Positions 47,001-58,849 of a DNA stretch of 64,000 bases are shown here, in pieces. The number at the start of each line of letters is the position of its first letter. The stretch's first letter is position 1. Position numbers and translations under genes: made by a program. Source of the DNA: Antedon mediterranea (Eukaryota; Animalia; Echinodermata); contig NC_092675.1 in NCBI RefSeq assembly GCF_964355755.1, positions 4,955,812 to 5,019,811 of the forward strand. The letters run 5' to 3'. Under the pieces are notes generated by a model. That model did not search any database. It was not told the origin of the DNA and was given only the letters and a program-made list of their open reading frames with translations.

Positions 47001-50000
47001 ATGTCACAAAATAATGACGTAAGAATTGAGCTACAATTCGCTAATGCAAACGCTTTCTGACGAGCCGTCTGTGTAGTCGAGTGGATTATGTATGGGGAAT
47101 CCCATGAGCTATTTAGGTTAGGTTTAATTATATTCAGGAATTAGTTCGGCTATCTTTCAAATGGGGTCCCCAACTTATGTACGAGAAAATAAAAAGATCG
47201 CACGCCGGCACTATAAATTCGAAACACCATGGCACTTCCCGTTATTAGATGTCGTCATTTTAGCAGACGATCACGTACCACCACAAGCCTCTAGTTACTT
47301 TATAGTGCCACCAGCGGTCGGTTTTGTATTGTTGAGTATAGTTATGACACGCCGTGTGTGGCAAAATATATTCTTTTAACGAATAATAAGCCAAATAGCC
47401 ATTTAGACCCCAGTTACAAAAATCAAGCACTCTGAAGTCGTGGTTCATGTATAGACCTTTTTTCTCTAGCTGTAGAATTTCCAATTTTTCAATCCCCTAC
47501 CATCTGTTTTGAAAAATTAATACCTTCCCACTAGTTTCATCGACATTGTGTGATATTTTACACCATGTACACATTCATTGCTAGAACAATAGCCGGATAA
47601 TGTAGCATTAACAATTTTAACATTATGCAGAACTTTACTAATTTAATGATAAAAAATTAAAATAAAAAACTTTGTATTTGTTGTTGTTTTAGAAATACGT
47701 CCAACGTCAAGTAAAACCACGTCTAGAGAAACTAACGTGGGACGATACGAACACTGAACATCTTGAAAGGTAATGGTGTAAAAAACCACGCTTAAAACAA
47801 AAAGGAGACTAACGTTGTCTGACTTAATGAAAGCAAATTGATGTTTTGATGATTTAACACAATTTTGCAAATTCAAAAAGACGGTACAAACAAGTCAATA
47901 ATTCTTTAGATCTGTCAAAACTGACCGCACTATACTACTATTTTTTTGTTTTTATTTTAGTTACCTTCGTACAGATATCATTAGCCTTTCGTGTAGTCAT
48001 GGTGATCCAGACTGTCTTTTAGAAGCCCAAAACAAATTCAAAGAATACATAGCTGGCACAAGGTGAGGCTAAAGTTTCGTTCACACTGATTATTAGAATT
48101 AGAACCGTTCGCGATTTTTTTTTCCGTACGAGAGTTCCTCCATCGGTTCGTTTCGGACTCAATCGACTCTTCGGTAAGCCACCGATGCTCACTGATGCGT
48201 GACAGCAACCACAAAACGTGAGCAGCTTCTTTGCATTACTCCATGATACTATACTAGAGGCCTAATACTATACTCACTGTAAATATAATAATAAATATTA
48301 ATAGTAGTACTGAACGTCATTGTAATAATAATAATGGTCCTAGAATTTTAATAATATAATACTGTATAGGCAGCCACAAACCAATGTATGTACCATCAGA
48401 TTCACAAACAGTAACACACACACACAGCAGCAGCACTTTGTTGGTCGTCACAAGCAAGGCCAGCTAGCCTAGCCCTACGTACGTGTGCTTCAATGTAGTA
48501 CATTCCATCTACAGTACTATTTTTTATTTTAATAAAATGAAGTAGTAGGTTAGAAATTATATGTACAGAAGTAACACTAACAGATGTTTTTATCAAGAAA
48601 ATTACAATTTTCTTCAGGTTTTTAAGTGTAACATTTGAAAAATTGTATACATTTAGGCCTAGTATTAGTAACATGTATTCTTGTAAGTTGTATGTAATGT
48701 ATAGAAACACATGCTTGCTTATAAAGCGTTTAATATCGTGTTAATTTAATAATTGATGATAGTATCACATATAATTATAAGCTTCCTGGAAAATGTGTTA
48801 TTATTTAATGTATTTTGTACTATTGCAGTCGTGTCAGTACCGTAATTGAATGTTTTTTACTTTGCATGTATTTTTTATGATTTTCCAAATTACATATAAT
48901 AAACAATAATATTAGTTGTAGGCCTATAACTTAATTAAAACTCCAAAGTTGCCTATTATTAAAAGTCTGAAATCTTTTTTTCAAGATTGGGGATAATTAA
49001 TACGTACACCTTTAACGTAAAATTTCCATTACCTTACAATATAAATATTAATTTAATAATATTATTTTAAAAGGTATAAAAAACATACACTGTGCATAGG
49101 AATTCCTACTGTACATAATCATTTTAAATTCAAAAGTAATACCTTGCATAGGCTTACACAAGCTAGCCTAGCCATGGGCTAGTCAGCTACAATACTCTTG
49201 TATTCTTGTAAGTTGTATGTAATGTATAGAAACACATGCTTGCTTATAAAGCGTTTAATATCGTGTTAATTTAATAATTGATGATAGTATCACATATAAT
49301 TATAAGCTTCCTGGAAAATGTGTTATTATTTAATGTATTTTGTACTATTGCAGTCGTGTCAGTACCGTAATTGAATGTTTTTTACTTTGCATGTATTTTT
49401 TATGATTTTCCAAATTACATATAATAAACAATAATATTAGTTGTAGGCCTATAACTTAATTAAAACTCCAAAGTTGCCTATTATTAAAAGTCTGAAATCT
49501 TTTTTTCAAGATTGGGGATAATTAATACGTACACCTTTAACGTAAAATTTCCATTACCTTACAATATAAATATTAATTTAATAATATTATTTTAAAAGGT
49601 ATAAAAAACATACACTGTGCATAGGAATTCCTACTGTACATAATCATTTTAAATTCAAAAGTAATACCTTGCATAGGCTTACACAAGCTAGCCTAGCCAT
49701 GGGCTAGTCAGCTACAATACCATGATAAACGATAAGAAAAAGAGCCTCTCGTTCGTGACAAAAGGTCGTTCAACTTCAAAAAATAATATCTGATACGACC
49801 TACTATTGGGTCGTAGACCTAAATATCTTCAATATGCTATTGGGTTCTTAATGTAATTACTAAGTAGGCCTAGTATTTATTAATTAATGTCATCAAATCA
49901 AAACTCGTATTAGTGTAGATTTATTTTACTATTGTGAGAGCCTGTGTGTGAAAGTAAGCTCGCGGTTTGTAAATGTAAAATTGTATTATGTTGTCACGCA

Positions 50001-51438
50001 TCAGTGAGCTGACTTTACCGAATACCGAAGAGAGTCGATTGAGTCCGAAACGAACCGATGGAGGAACTCTCGTACGGAAAAAAAAATCGCGAACCGTTCA
50101 CACTAGGCCTATACTAACGCATTCCGATGCCGTACAAAATCGTACATAGCCCGGAGTTTTCTCGGACTTTTGAGCATGTGCGAATGTAGATAATGATACA
50201 TACACATCCAATCATGTCGTTTTTAACTTATTCCTTTTTGATTAAGCCTAATAATAATACTTTTCTATCACATTGTATTGATTATTTAAATTTATTTTTA
50301 AAATTATTGAAAATATTTATAGAACTTCGCCGAATCTACGGTCCATGATTTATCGCTATGGCATGGAGAAAGCTGGAAACCAAAACGAGTGGGATTTTAT
50401 GTGGGAAGGGTACCTTAACGCAACTGTATCTCAAGAGAGAAGCCGCCTTCTATATGGGCTGGCAAGGACAAGAAATGTATGGCTGCTTTGCAGGTTGGCA
50501 GTAATTAATTAATTATGCTATGGAAACTTCATAGGTTGAACTGATTTTATTTTATCTATAGGATAATTTTTGATGGCATGGTGACTTTATCAAGGTTGTA
50601 AGGTAGTACAAATAGCTATAAAGTTTATTGTTTGGGGGTAAAGGTCCATTTGTTCATAATTAGCACTTGAAACTGATAATTGGCCATGCAATTTTCGCAT
50701 AATAATGAAACGAAAGTATGTACAGCCTTTCCAAAAGTTCACAATCCTCAATCCTAAACGTAAACTCTTTTGTTTTCTAATTCGTATATATGACTCCACA
50801 TATTTTTAGGTAAACTAAACCAGTCCTCAATGTTAACTAAGCGTTCTTCTCCTATTTCTAGATACTTGGATTATGCCATGGATGAAAGTAAAGTACGCTC
50901 CCAAGACTTTTTCACGGTAGTGAATTATATCGCTGACAATCCTGTAGGAAATCCCATAGTCTGGGACTGGGTTCGAACTAACTGGGAGCTACTAGTCAAT
51001 AGGTATTGTATTCCTCCGACGTTTTAAAATGATCACAAATATAAAATAAACCACAACAACTTTGCATACGCAAACTAATGTTTACATTTGTTTTTGTAAG
51101 ATTTGGAATAAGCTCTAGATCACTGGGTCGTCTTGTGCCTAGCATCTGTGAATCGTATGCAACAGAATTCAAGCAGCAACAAGTAAGGTTTTTTTTCTGA
51201 ATAGTTATAACAAGTAGTTAGGTTAGGCATAATATGGTATAACCTTTATATTATGGATTAACATTACATATACCGGTACATACTGTTCTTATAGATGAAA
51301 GATTTCTTCATGAAATACCCAGATGCCGGGGCTGGTGAAAGAGGGCGTAAACAAGCTCTGGAACGTGTACAGACGAATATCGACTGGCTGAAATCAAATG
51401 AAATGAAGATCGAAACGTGGCTTGCAGACAACATTTAA
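38785..51438 (+). CDS. ENPEP: M1 zinc metalloaminopeptidase, glutamyl aminopeptidase (aminopeptidase A)-like, ~891 aa, 20 exons
   Basis: Exons 38785-39233, 39882-40026, 40400-40528, 40934-41054, 42136-42290, 42539-42652, 43080-43214, 44131-44196, 44415-44480, 44628-44797, 45169-45245, 46106-46233, 46624-46679, 46794-46941, 47693-47769, 47961-48062, 50323-50493, 50862-51002, 51101-51182, 51295-51438 (2676 nt, in frame). Motifs [61 protein letters not shown]-terminal PDAGAGE..ALE.V..NIDWL is ENPEP-like. M1 family is very secure; the ENPEP symbol rests on resemblance. Confidence 0.93.
41304..41339. mobile_element. 36-bp perfect hairpin (17-bp arms) with 7-bp TSD, P-element-like excision footprint
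   Basis: ATTAACC|CATAGAGATATTATAGT-GA-ACTATAATATCTCTATG|ATTAACC. Confidence 0.65.
41568..41880. mobile_element. Long-palindrome non-autonomous element, Crypton-like
   Basis: ~160-bp imperfect hairpin (41570-41731) centred on CGAGGCAAAACCGAG, followed by a second short inverted pair TTATATAACATCTA / TAGGTGTTATATAA. Confidence 0.55.
42667..42830. mobile_element. Degenerate Harbinger-like MITE
   Basis: AAAGCTTGGTTTCCACT..GACGCAACGCAGTGACGTA versus inverted TACGTCATTGTGTTGCGTC..AGTGAGAACAAAGTTT. Confidence 0.45.
43493..44040. repeat. 372-bp-period tandem repeat (~1.5 copies) containing a tRNA-like sequence
   Basis: TATATAAACAAATCAG..GTCCTAACCATTAG is repeated at ~43493 and ~43865. A (TA)n tract follows at 44051-44085. 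Confidence 0.8.
43608..43679 (-). pseudogene. tRNA-like sequence (Asp-type, anticodon ATC), probably repeat-borne
   Basis: Minus strand GCCCCAGTGGTCTAATGGTTAGGACATCTGCATATCAAGCAGGCGGTCGGAGTTCGAGTCTCGGTTGGGGCG, 72 nt. Acceptor, D and anticodon stems can pair; the T stem is imperfect. Confidence 0.55.
45395..45878. repeat. Degenerate 15-17-bp C-rich tandem repeat (GGACAACTACCCCC)
   Basis: About 25-30 imperfect GGACAA(C/T)TACCCC units in an aminopeptidase intron. Confidence 0.9.
48096..50097. mobile_element. ~2-kb non-autonomous TIR element in aminopeptidase intron 16
   Basis: ~110-bp inverted arms: TTCGCGATTTTTTTTTCCGTACGAGAGTTCCTCCATCGGTTCGTTTCGGACTCAATCGACTCT..GCTCACTGATGCGTGACA, with the reverse complement at 49990-50095. 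Outer limits are uncertain. Confidence 0.7.
48674..49720. repeat. Near-exact 525-bp-period tandem duplication
   Basis: 48674-49195 is repeated at 49199-49720 with a 3-bp spacer. I saw no differences by eye. Confidence 0.9.
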
Positions 51439-51839
51439 TGCATTGAATATTGCTGTTTATAGCACCATTGAGCGTTTTTATATTTTTTGAATACGAATAT
51501 TTTGATATGTAGTTTATAATTTTGATAAATTGGAATGGAAACATGCAAGTACAGTACATCAAAGTAATAGTAAACTTCTTATACGTAAACATTAACAATA
51601 TACACTCAGTTTTTACATTTTTTATTTTCCCCATCAATTGATAAATTTATGATTAAGTCTGTTTCTGACTTTACGTAATTCATTGAAGAGTGAAATTCTT
51701 TCCATAGTAATATAATTCTGAAAAATCAGATGTTTTTTTTCAGACATTGTGCATTTAAGACACAATTGTACACTTTCACTATTATAGAGTGTACTTTCTA
51801 TCCGTGTCGACATGAATATCCAACTTGTACTGCTGTATG

Positions 51840-51981
51840 AATGACATATGCCTGTGTATTGGTCAAAACATTGTAATGACATATGCCTGTGTATTGGTCA
51901 AAACATTGTAATGACATATGCCTGTGTATTGGTCAAAACATTGTAATGACATATGCCTGTGTATTGGTCAAAACATTGTAA
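51840..51981. repeat. 35-bp minisatellite, 4 perfect copies
   Basis: ATGACATATGCCTGTGTATTGGTCAAAACATTGTA x4, ~400 bp past the aminopeptidase stop. Confidence 0.95.
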
Positions 51982-54659
51982 TTTGAGGTCTAAGAATGAA
52001 GGTATTATTATCCTTTACCGCTTGACCAGTGAAAACTTACGCGTTTTCGCCAAATAGACACATTTTTTCATTGAACGGATTGAGCGAACAGAATCAGATA
52101 AAGAATAGTATGTTTAAATTTGCTAATCTAACGCCCTCTATCGTCACACTGATGAAAAACTTTAGCTGTATGGCGCACTATATTAAATGAAGGACAAATA
52201 AAATTAGAAAAAAATAATATAACTTGAATCATGTTGTATTGTACAATAATGATATACAGCCTAACTATTAAAACAAAAAAAAATAAATGTCTGTTTTTTT
52301 ATTATTAATCATTAATTATATAATTGCATAATACATTTTAAAAGAATAAGTTCATATCTTTAATATTTGTTTTTCAAAAAATCCTATTGCCAGTGAGTCT
52401 TTTTTTGGACAAATTTCAAGATTATTAACCAATTATTGTACCTACAATAATAGTCCACGTTGATTCATTTTAGGTGTCCAATTTTCCACAATAGAGAGCG
52501 TCGTTTGTAACGGAATACTGTACGATGTGGTCCTAATCAACCTTTTCCAACATACATCGATTATAATATCCTAGTAATAAAAATAAAAATTAAAGATTAG
52601 ATAGAAAGCGACAACGGCCTATTTAAATATGTGTTTATAATATCGCACATTTGTCAAATGAAAAAGAAAGCGTATTTGAAAACTTGTAAGCTCTAGATGT
52701 ATGCCAATATGTTGTAACCATTTAAAACAGATGAGATAACGACACTTCATATTTGCAACACACAATTTACATTTGCATATTGAAGAAGAGCAAGCAAGCA
52801 TTAACTGGGTTATGGTCATCCTTTTATCTCGATTAAGCTATGCAGATTCAAGAGCTTATAAGTCGGCAATTTCTAAAGGTAAATCAACTGGTAGTGGAAC
52901 TTATCTCACCCAATACATAAAGAAGAAGATTATTCAACACTGACTTGTGATGGAAATCAACGGAAGCGTGTTGTTTTTCCAAAGATCCATTTCCTATTCT
53001 TGTAACAAAAAATGTTTGTAATAATTGACGTTCCATTTCTGACTTTTAATATTTCATATTGTATTTTCAGCAGTGCAAATTTAAATGATAGTATAATGGA
53101 CAAAATCGTTTAAAAGTGCGCGTAATTACAGTTCACTGAGAGTATGAAGAATTTCGAGATATAGCGACACTGTCCAAGTTTATATTCATTATTGATATGT
53201 ACTGATTTTACCACAGTCTTGATTAGATGTATTAGGCACATGATCAGTTGTTTTTGTTTGACTAGATATAGACTATAACTGAACTACTAATACTGATAGC
53301 CTTGCATGGAATGTGAACATACAATGTTATTCTTTTTTCATCAAAACTTCAACAAAATAATACTTCATTAATATGTAAACATTATATTTGTTTCAAATAC
53401 AAAACAATTGATATTCGAAACAGTTGATAATCTCTATTCTTATTCTATTGTATTCTGGTATTGTATTTTAATTAATATTTAATTTTAATAAGCAGTACTG
53501 TAATCGAGGCTGTATAAAACATTATGAAATGATAATATACTTGTTTTGATTCAATAGTATTAATTAAGTGTAAATTATATTGATTATCATAGTGTGTTGG
53601 TGACTTCAGTGGTTCCATACATCATGTCTCTTTTAAAAGTAATTGAAAACATTCATTCCATATTTAGTTCAAGGTTGACCCAAATCTCTTTCTGAATAAT
53701 ATTCCACTGTTTGAAATCATGTCCTTTATTTACATTAGATATTATAATTATGGAAGTGAGACCTCAACGTTGGAATTTGCAGATTGTATGAATTTGAATC
53801 TATATTATTGTAATATTTTGTATTTTTTTCATATGATATCTCCTATCAGCTAATGATTAACTTTGTTTGTTTTAAACGTACACACACTATTTGTTCACCG
53901 TCAATATGATACGGCACAGTATGTATTAGAAATAAAGTGTAATCGGTTTGTTACTTATTTGGGTGTCGATAATTCAAGTTTAACTCTTGGAGGTAAACTT
54001 CAACGGGTCAAATAAATTAAGATAGACGACAGTATTGTATTGGACATTTATCCTCCACTTTTCACACAAGTTAAACCATTTCGATCAAGATCAGACCTCT
54101 TACTTCTATTTCCTACCCGTTTCTATTTCTAAATCTAGAAAACAAGTCTTGCTGGTAAACAATGTGAAATGGAAAGGTTTGCAGAATGGAAAAATGATTA
54201 TCGTTTTCTATGTGGAAAACCATAATAATTGAGAATTAGTTCACAAATTCTTCAGTTTAAATCAGGTGCAACAATTTTCTTCTACAACTCACCTGTTTCA
54301 TAAATTTAGCTTTGTTAGTTACTCTCTTACTATTATTGTTAAGTTATTATGATTTTATAAATGAGAACGTGCGTCACAAACATCATGTCTTTTGCATACG
54401 TGGAACATTGTGAACGAATAAGAAGCACAAAATGGTACCACACCTGCCCCATCAATCAACGAAATTTTCGCTAAATCCTCGTTTGAAATTTATAAGCTTT
54501 ACTCATCCTCTTGAGAAACAATTTTGAAAATGTGATGGCAAAAACAAGTGCACCAAAAAGAAACTTCCTGATTATTTTGTCATACATCATCAAAGTTTAA
54601 AAACATAAATTATATCCAAATATCATACCTTTGATGTAATGTTTATATATATTTTTTGT

Positions 54660-56160
54660 ATTACTGCTTACTATACCACTATATATGATATTAACACAAT
54701 GCTCATATAAAGCAATGTTATCGCATACTAATTTAAAGAAAATTCCTGTACTATTATAATACATGGAATTAAAAAAAACATACACATTTCGACAATTTTT
54801 CGACATAGCTGGTGGTTTACTACTGTATACCACTTAGGCCTATAAAGATACTTTTTAAACAATATTACCGCATAATACTTGGATTTTGAAAAGTTGAAAT
54901 GTTGTCCTTTTTCAAACAAGAAACTTCGAAACTTTTGAAAAAATCTCTGTACAGGGATATTTTTCAAAAAATACCCAAATGTTGACCCTTTATTTGTTGA
55001 CATAACTGCTTGTGTGTCTATAAGATGATGATAATGGAATATATACGCATATCTAGCAATATATTATTGCATAATAATTTAATTAGGAAAAGTGCATACT
55101 TTGGCCATTTTTCGCAAAAAATCCCTGTATTAGGGATGTATCAAAACATTTCCAAATTTTGACCCTTTTTTTTTTACATAATGGCTTACTATGGGTCTAT
55201 AAGATGATGATAAGTACATATTTTGGAAATTTTTCGAAAAATTCCATGTACTATAGTACAGGGATTTTATTAAAAAATTGCCAAATTGTTTTACATAAGT
55301 GCTTATATAGGTCTATAAGATGATGATAACGCTATAAATACGCATATGAAGCAATACTATTGCATAATAATTGAATTTTTTGATAAAATCCTTGCACTAT
55401 AGTACGAGGATTTTGTCAAAAAATGCCCACATTTTAACCCTTTTTATTTTTTCACACAATACTCTTGCTTACATTTTAAAAAGTGCGTATTTTGGGCATT
55501 TTTAGAAAAAATCCCTGTACTATATAACAAGTTTTTTTATCAAAAAATTGCCTAAGTTTGACCCTTTATTTATTGACATAACTGCTTACTATATGGGTCT
55601 ATAAGATGATGATAACGCAATATATACGCATATATAGCAATATTCTTGGATAATAATTGAATAATTGAAGTGCGATTTTTGGCTTTTCTCTATATTAACA
55701 CAATGATCATATAATTAATTGTTAATTTGCTGATAATTCAAATATGAAAAGTCGATATTTTGGCCTTTTTCGAAAAAAAATCTCTGTACTAAGTAAGTAG
55801 TAAAAACTGACAAATTTTGTCAATTTTCTTCCAAAACTGTATTTGGCAATCACTTAGAAGATACTCTTAAGAAAATGTACAGGTATGATCAAGCTGTATT
55901 ACCGTATAATAAAATATAATTGAAATTTTAAAATTTAATACTTTTGTCCTTAAAAAAAAAGTATATATATTTCGATATACAGGTAATAGCAAATAGCTAA
56001 TATATAGCATTATCGCATAACAATTTGGAAGTCAATATGTTGGTCATTGTTATAGTACAGGGATGAATTCACAAAATATAGATGTACATATAAATATATT
56101 CGATCCTGTTATTTTTCGATACAGCTTCTTACTATAATACATAAGGCGCATATAGCTATA
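54660..56160. repeat. Degenerate array of ~100-300-bp subrepeats, probably a subterminal region of an old DNA transposon
   Basis: Recurrent motifs GTCTATAAGATGATGATAA (55016, 55195, 55312, 55597), AAATCCCTGTACTAT and TTGACCCTTT. Confidence 0.55.
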
Positions 56161-57562
56161 GTATCAAAACGGGCTAAAATATCGACTTTTGGAAAGAATC
56201 TGTATGATGTAAATTTTAGGTAGAGTAATTTTTAAATCAAATTTGTAATGTTTTCATTCGTTTAAGCATATATAGTATATGCATCAAATAGATGAAAGCG
56301 TTACTTCAAGGCAAATCCACATTCCTTTTATCAAAGAGATTACGATAAAAAAATCAGAAAAAAAAAACTGATTTTACCTCAAGGTGATATTAATTCAGTG
56401 TATAGTTAATATGCAATGGTTTATTATCATATACATGAAGCTTCAAACACAATTACTCATTACACGCGGATGTTTAATTCCAAATTTCACATTTATACCG
56501 AGCGTGATATACGTCGTAATCCATTACGCCAGTCAAGACATAATATCACAATGTTGTGTTAACAAACTATCTTATCGTCCTATTTCGTATTTACTCGATT
56601 TGCTTGATCCTTTCGATACACACAACGGTCTTAGTACCAGTCTGAGACGATTACCAATTTCTCATCTTGTTATCCATGAATGTTTTGATGTATACCGCCT
56701 CGATCTATTGCTAACGGGTTTGACAGTTATTATAAAAATAATGATTGTGGTAGCACCTAATTTGTAGGTGTACGAGTATTTACTGGATACACTGAACAAA
56801 TATCATGTACTTAGTTAGGGTAACAGATTGGAGATTATAACTTATTTTGACCCCTATACGTAGGTTGTTCGCATAAGTCTGTAAATTCGTTAATAACCTT
56901 ATTTGTGATTATGTAGATTATGGAATTTGTATTTTGTTATAAATGATATTGATATTATTTAAGATAAACAAATTTATATATTGTTCTTTTAAATAATACA
57001 TAAAGTGTAACACATGTTTTTTTTGGAAGTTTTACTTTAATAAATTTTACTTGCATTACAGTTATTGAAAAAGAAAAATGTATAAAAATAGAAAATGATC
57101 TTGAAGATTTCTGTTTCTATCATGTTGGTTTTATATTCAATAATACTGAGCATAAAGAGTTCTACAGTCACAATACATTATTTATAACGGTAGGCCTACT
57201 ACATATAAAATAAATATATAATGTAGGCCTATTATTCTTTTTTATTTAAGCAAAACTGTTAAGAATATTAAACAACTGTTATATAAATAGAAATATTTAG
57301 GCTGCTGTTCACTATGTATAAATATTAACAATTCAAACCGACATTTTATTACAAATTTATTAAGATATATTCGTTTGTGTAAAGCACGAACTAACGATTC
57401 AACACCAAGACGTGTTTACCTGATTAAATAAACAAATAATTGTTATAAAACTAAAATTAACTTAATAATTAGCGAGCTTTCGTTTTCACGACGCGCCATG
57501 CAGCTGTGTCAAGGCAAAAGGTAATTTTGCGCACGCTAAAAATCATGCGCAGAATGAATGTT

Positions 57563-57731
57563 AAGCTGTATCTACACTATCAAACTATAGTTTGTATGAA
57601 AAAAATGTGTTGTGCCCAAATATGGTATAGTTATATGCTTAAATATGGTAGTGATAGACATCATCAAGTCCATATTTGTGCATATCACATTTGTTTGTCA
57701 CATAAAGTGTGATAGTGTATATACAGAGCTT
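57563..57731. mobile_element. PIF/Harbinger-like MITE, family copy 3
   Basis: AAGCTGTATCTACACTATCAAACT...GATAGTGTATATACAGAGCTT. The interior matches the 12118 copy. Confidence 0.65.
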
Positions 57732-58849
57732 TGGACACAATAGTTGCGCATGGTAGTCGCGTAGCGCATCATAAAAAAAATAATACTGCTATTTTGCTGC
57801 ATATGCAACTTTATCAGATGACTATGGACAAACAATAAAGCATCATTTGTTGATTATCAGACAGCATGTTATCCATTTTAAACTCATGTTACTGATTTTG
57901 TTGACAACGAAATACATATTAACATAACATGATATCAATAACAAGGACTTCATGTATGGTGCAGGTAGTAACTAAAACATTATTGTAATTAATGTATTTA
58001 TTTTTAATAATTTCTAAATAATATCAAATAATGTTGGTAGTTTAAATAGTTGAACAATCAGATGAAAGGATTTTGTTTGTACATTGGAAGAACAATATGA
58101 ATACAAATACATCATTAGGCCTAAACCACATAAAAAAAATATATATAATATATAATAATAATAATATATAGGCCTAATGTATGTGTCATAAAATATTAGG
58201 AAATTGGGTCTCAGGAAACTAAGAAGGGTTTGAAAATGTATGATTTTCGTTAGGCGTATAATATTTCAAAAAGACAGAAAGAAACATAATAACTGTTTTA
58301 TAATTTGTGTATCACTGAACCGACATTGAGATAAATACAAAGAATCGAGTGAAAACAGTCTTGGCTTGCAGAACCTCCCAAAAGTTATGTCTTAAAATAC
58401 GTTTAAGCCTATAGTAGGAAAGTTTAACCAAAATCAAATTATGAATATATCTTTATACTATTTTAAAAATAATCTATATTATAATTTATTACATAATAAC
58501 AACATTTTAGCCGGAAGATTCCTATGGTGATAGGTCATAAAAAGCGGTTTATTATTAAAGTTGTAATTCATTTATAAACATTAGGGCCTATACACATTTT
58601 CAAAATGCTCTGGAAATTAGTTATGTTTAAAATCATGTTAACTTTATAACATATTGCTCGTTTTGAAACTCGAGAATTATTTGCCTGTTTGACCTATTAG
58701 CGAAAAGTATAAAATACTACCGTATATAGTTGTATTAATGTTGCGTAAATGAGAAAACAGACATAGTTTCGGCATTTATGAAATTAGGGTTTTTACATTT
58801 TAAAATTTAAATGGCAGTATAGCGTTATGAAGCATTTTACAAATTAAGT

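Noticed and set aside
56384-56767. 127-codon ORF
   Set aside because: GTG start, no recognisable motif, splice context or neighbouring exons.
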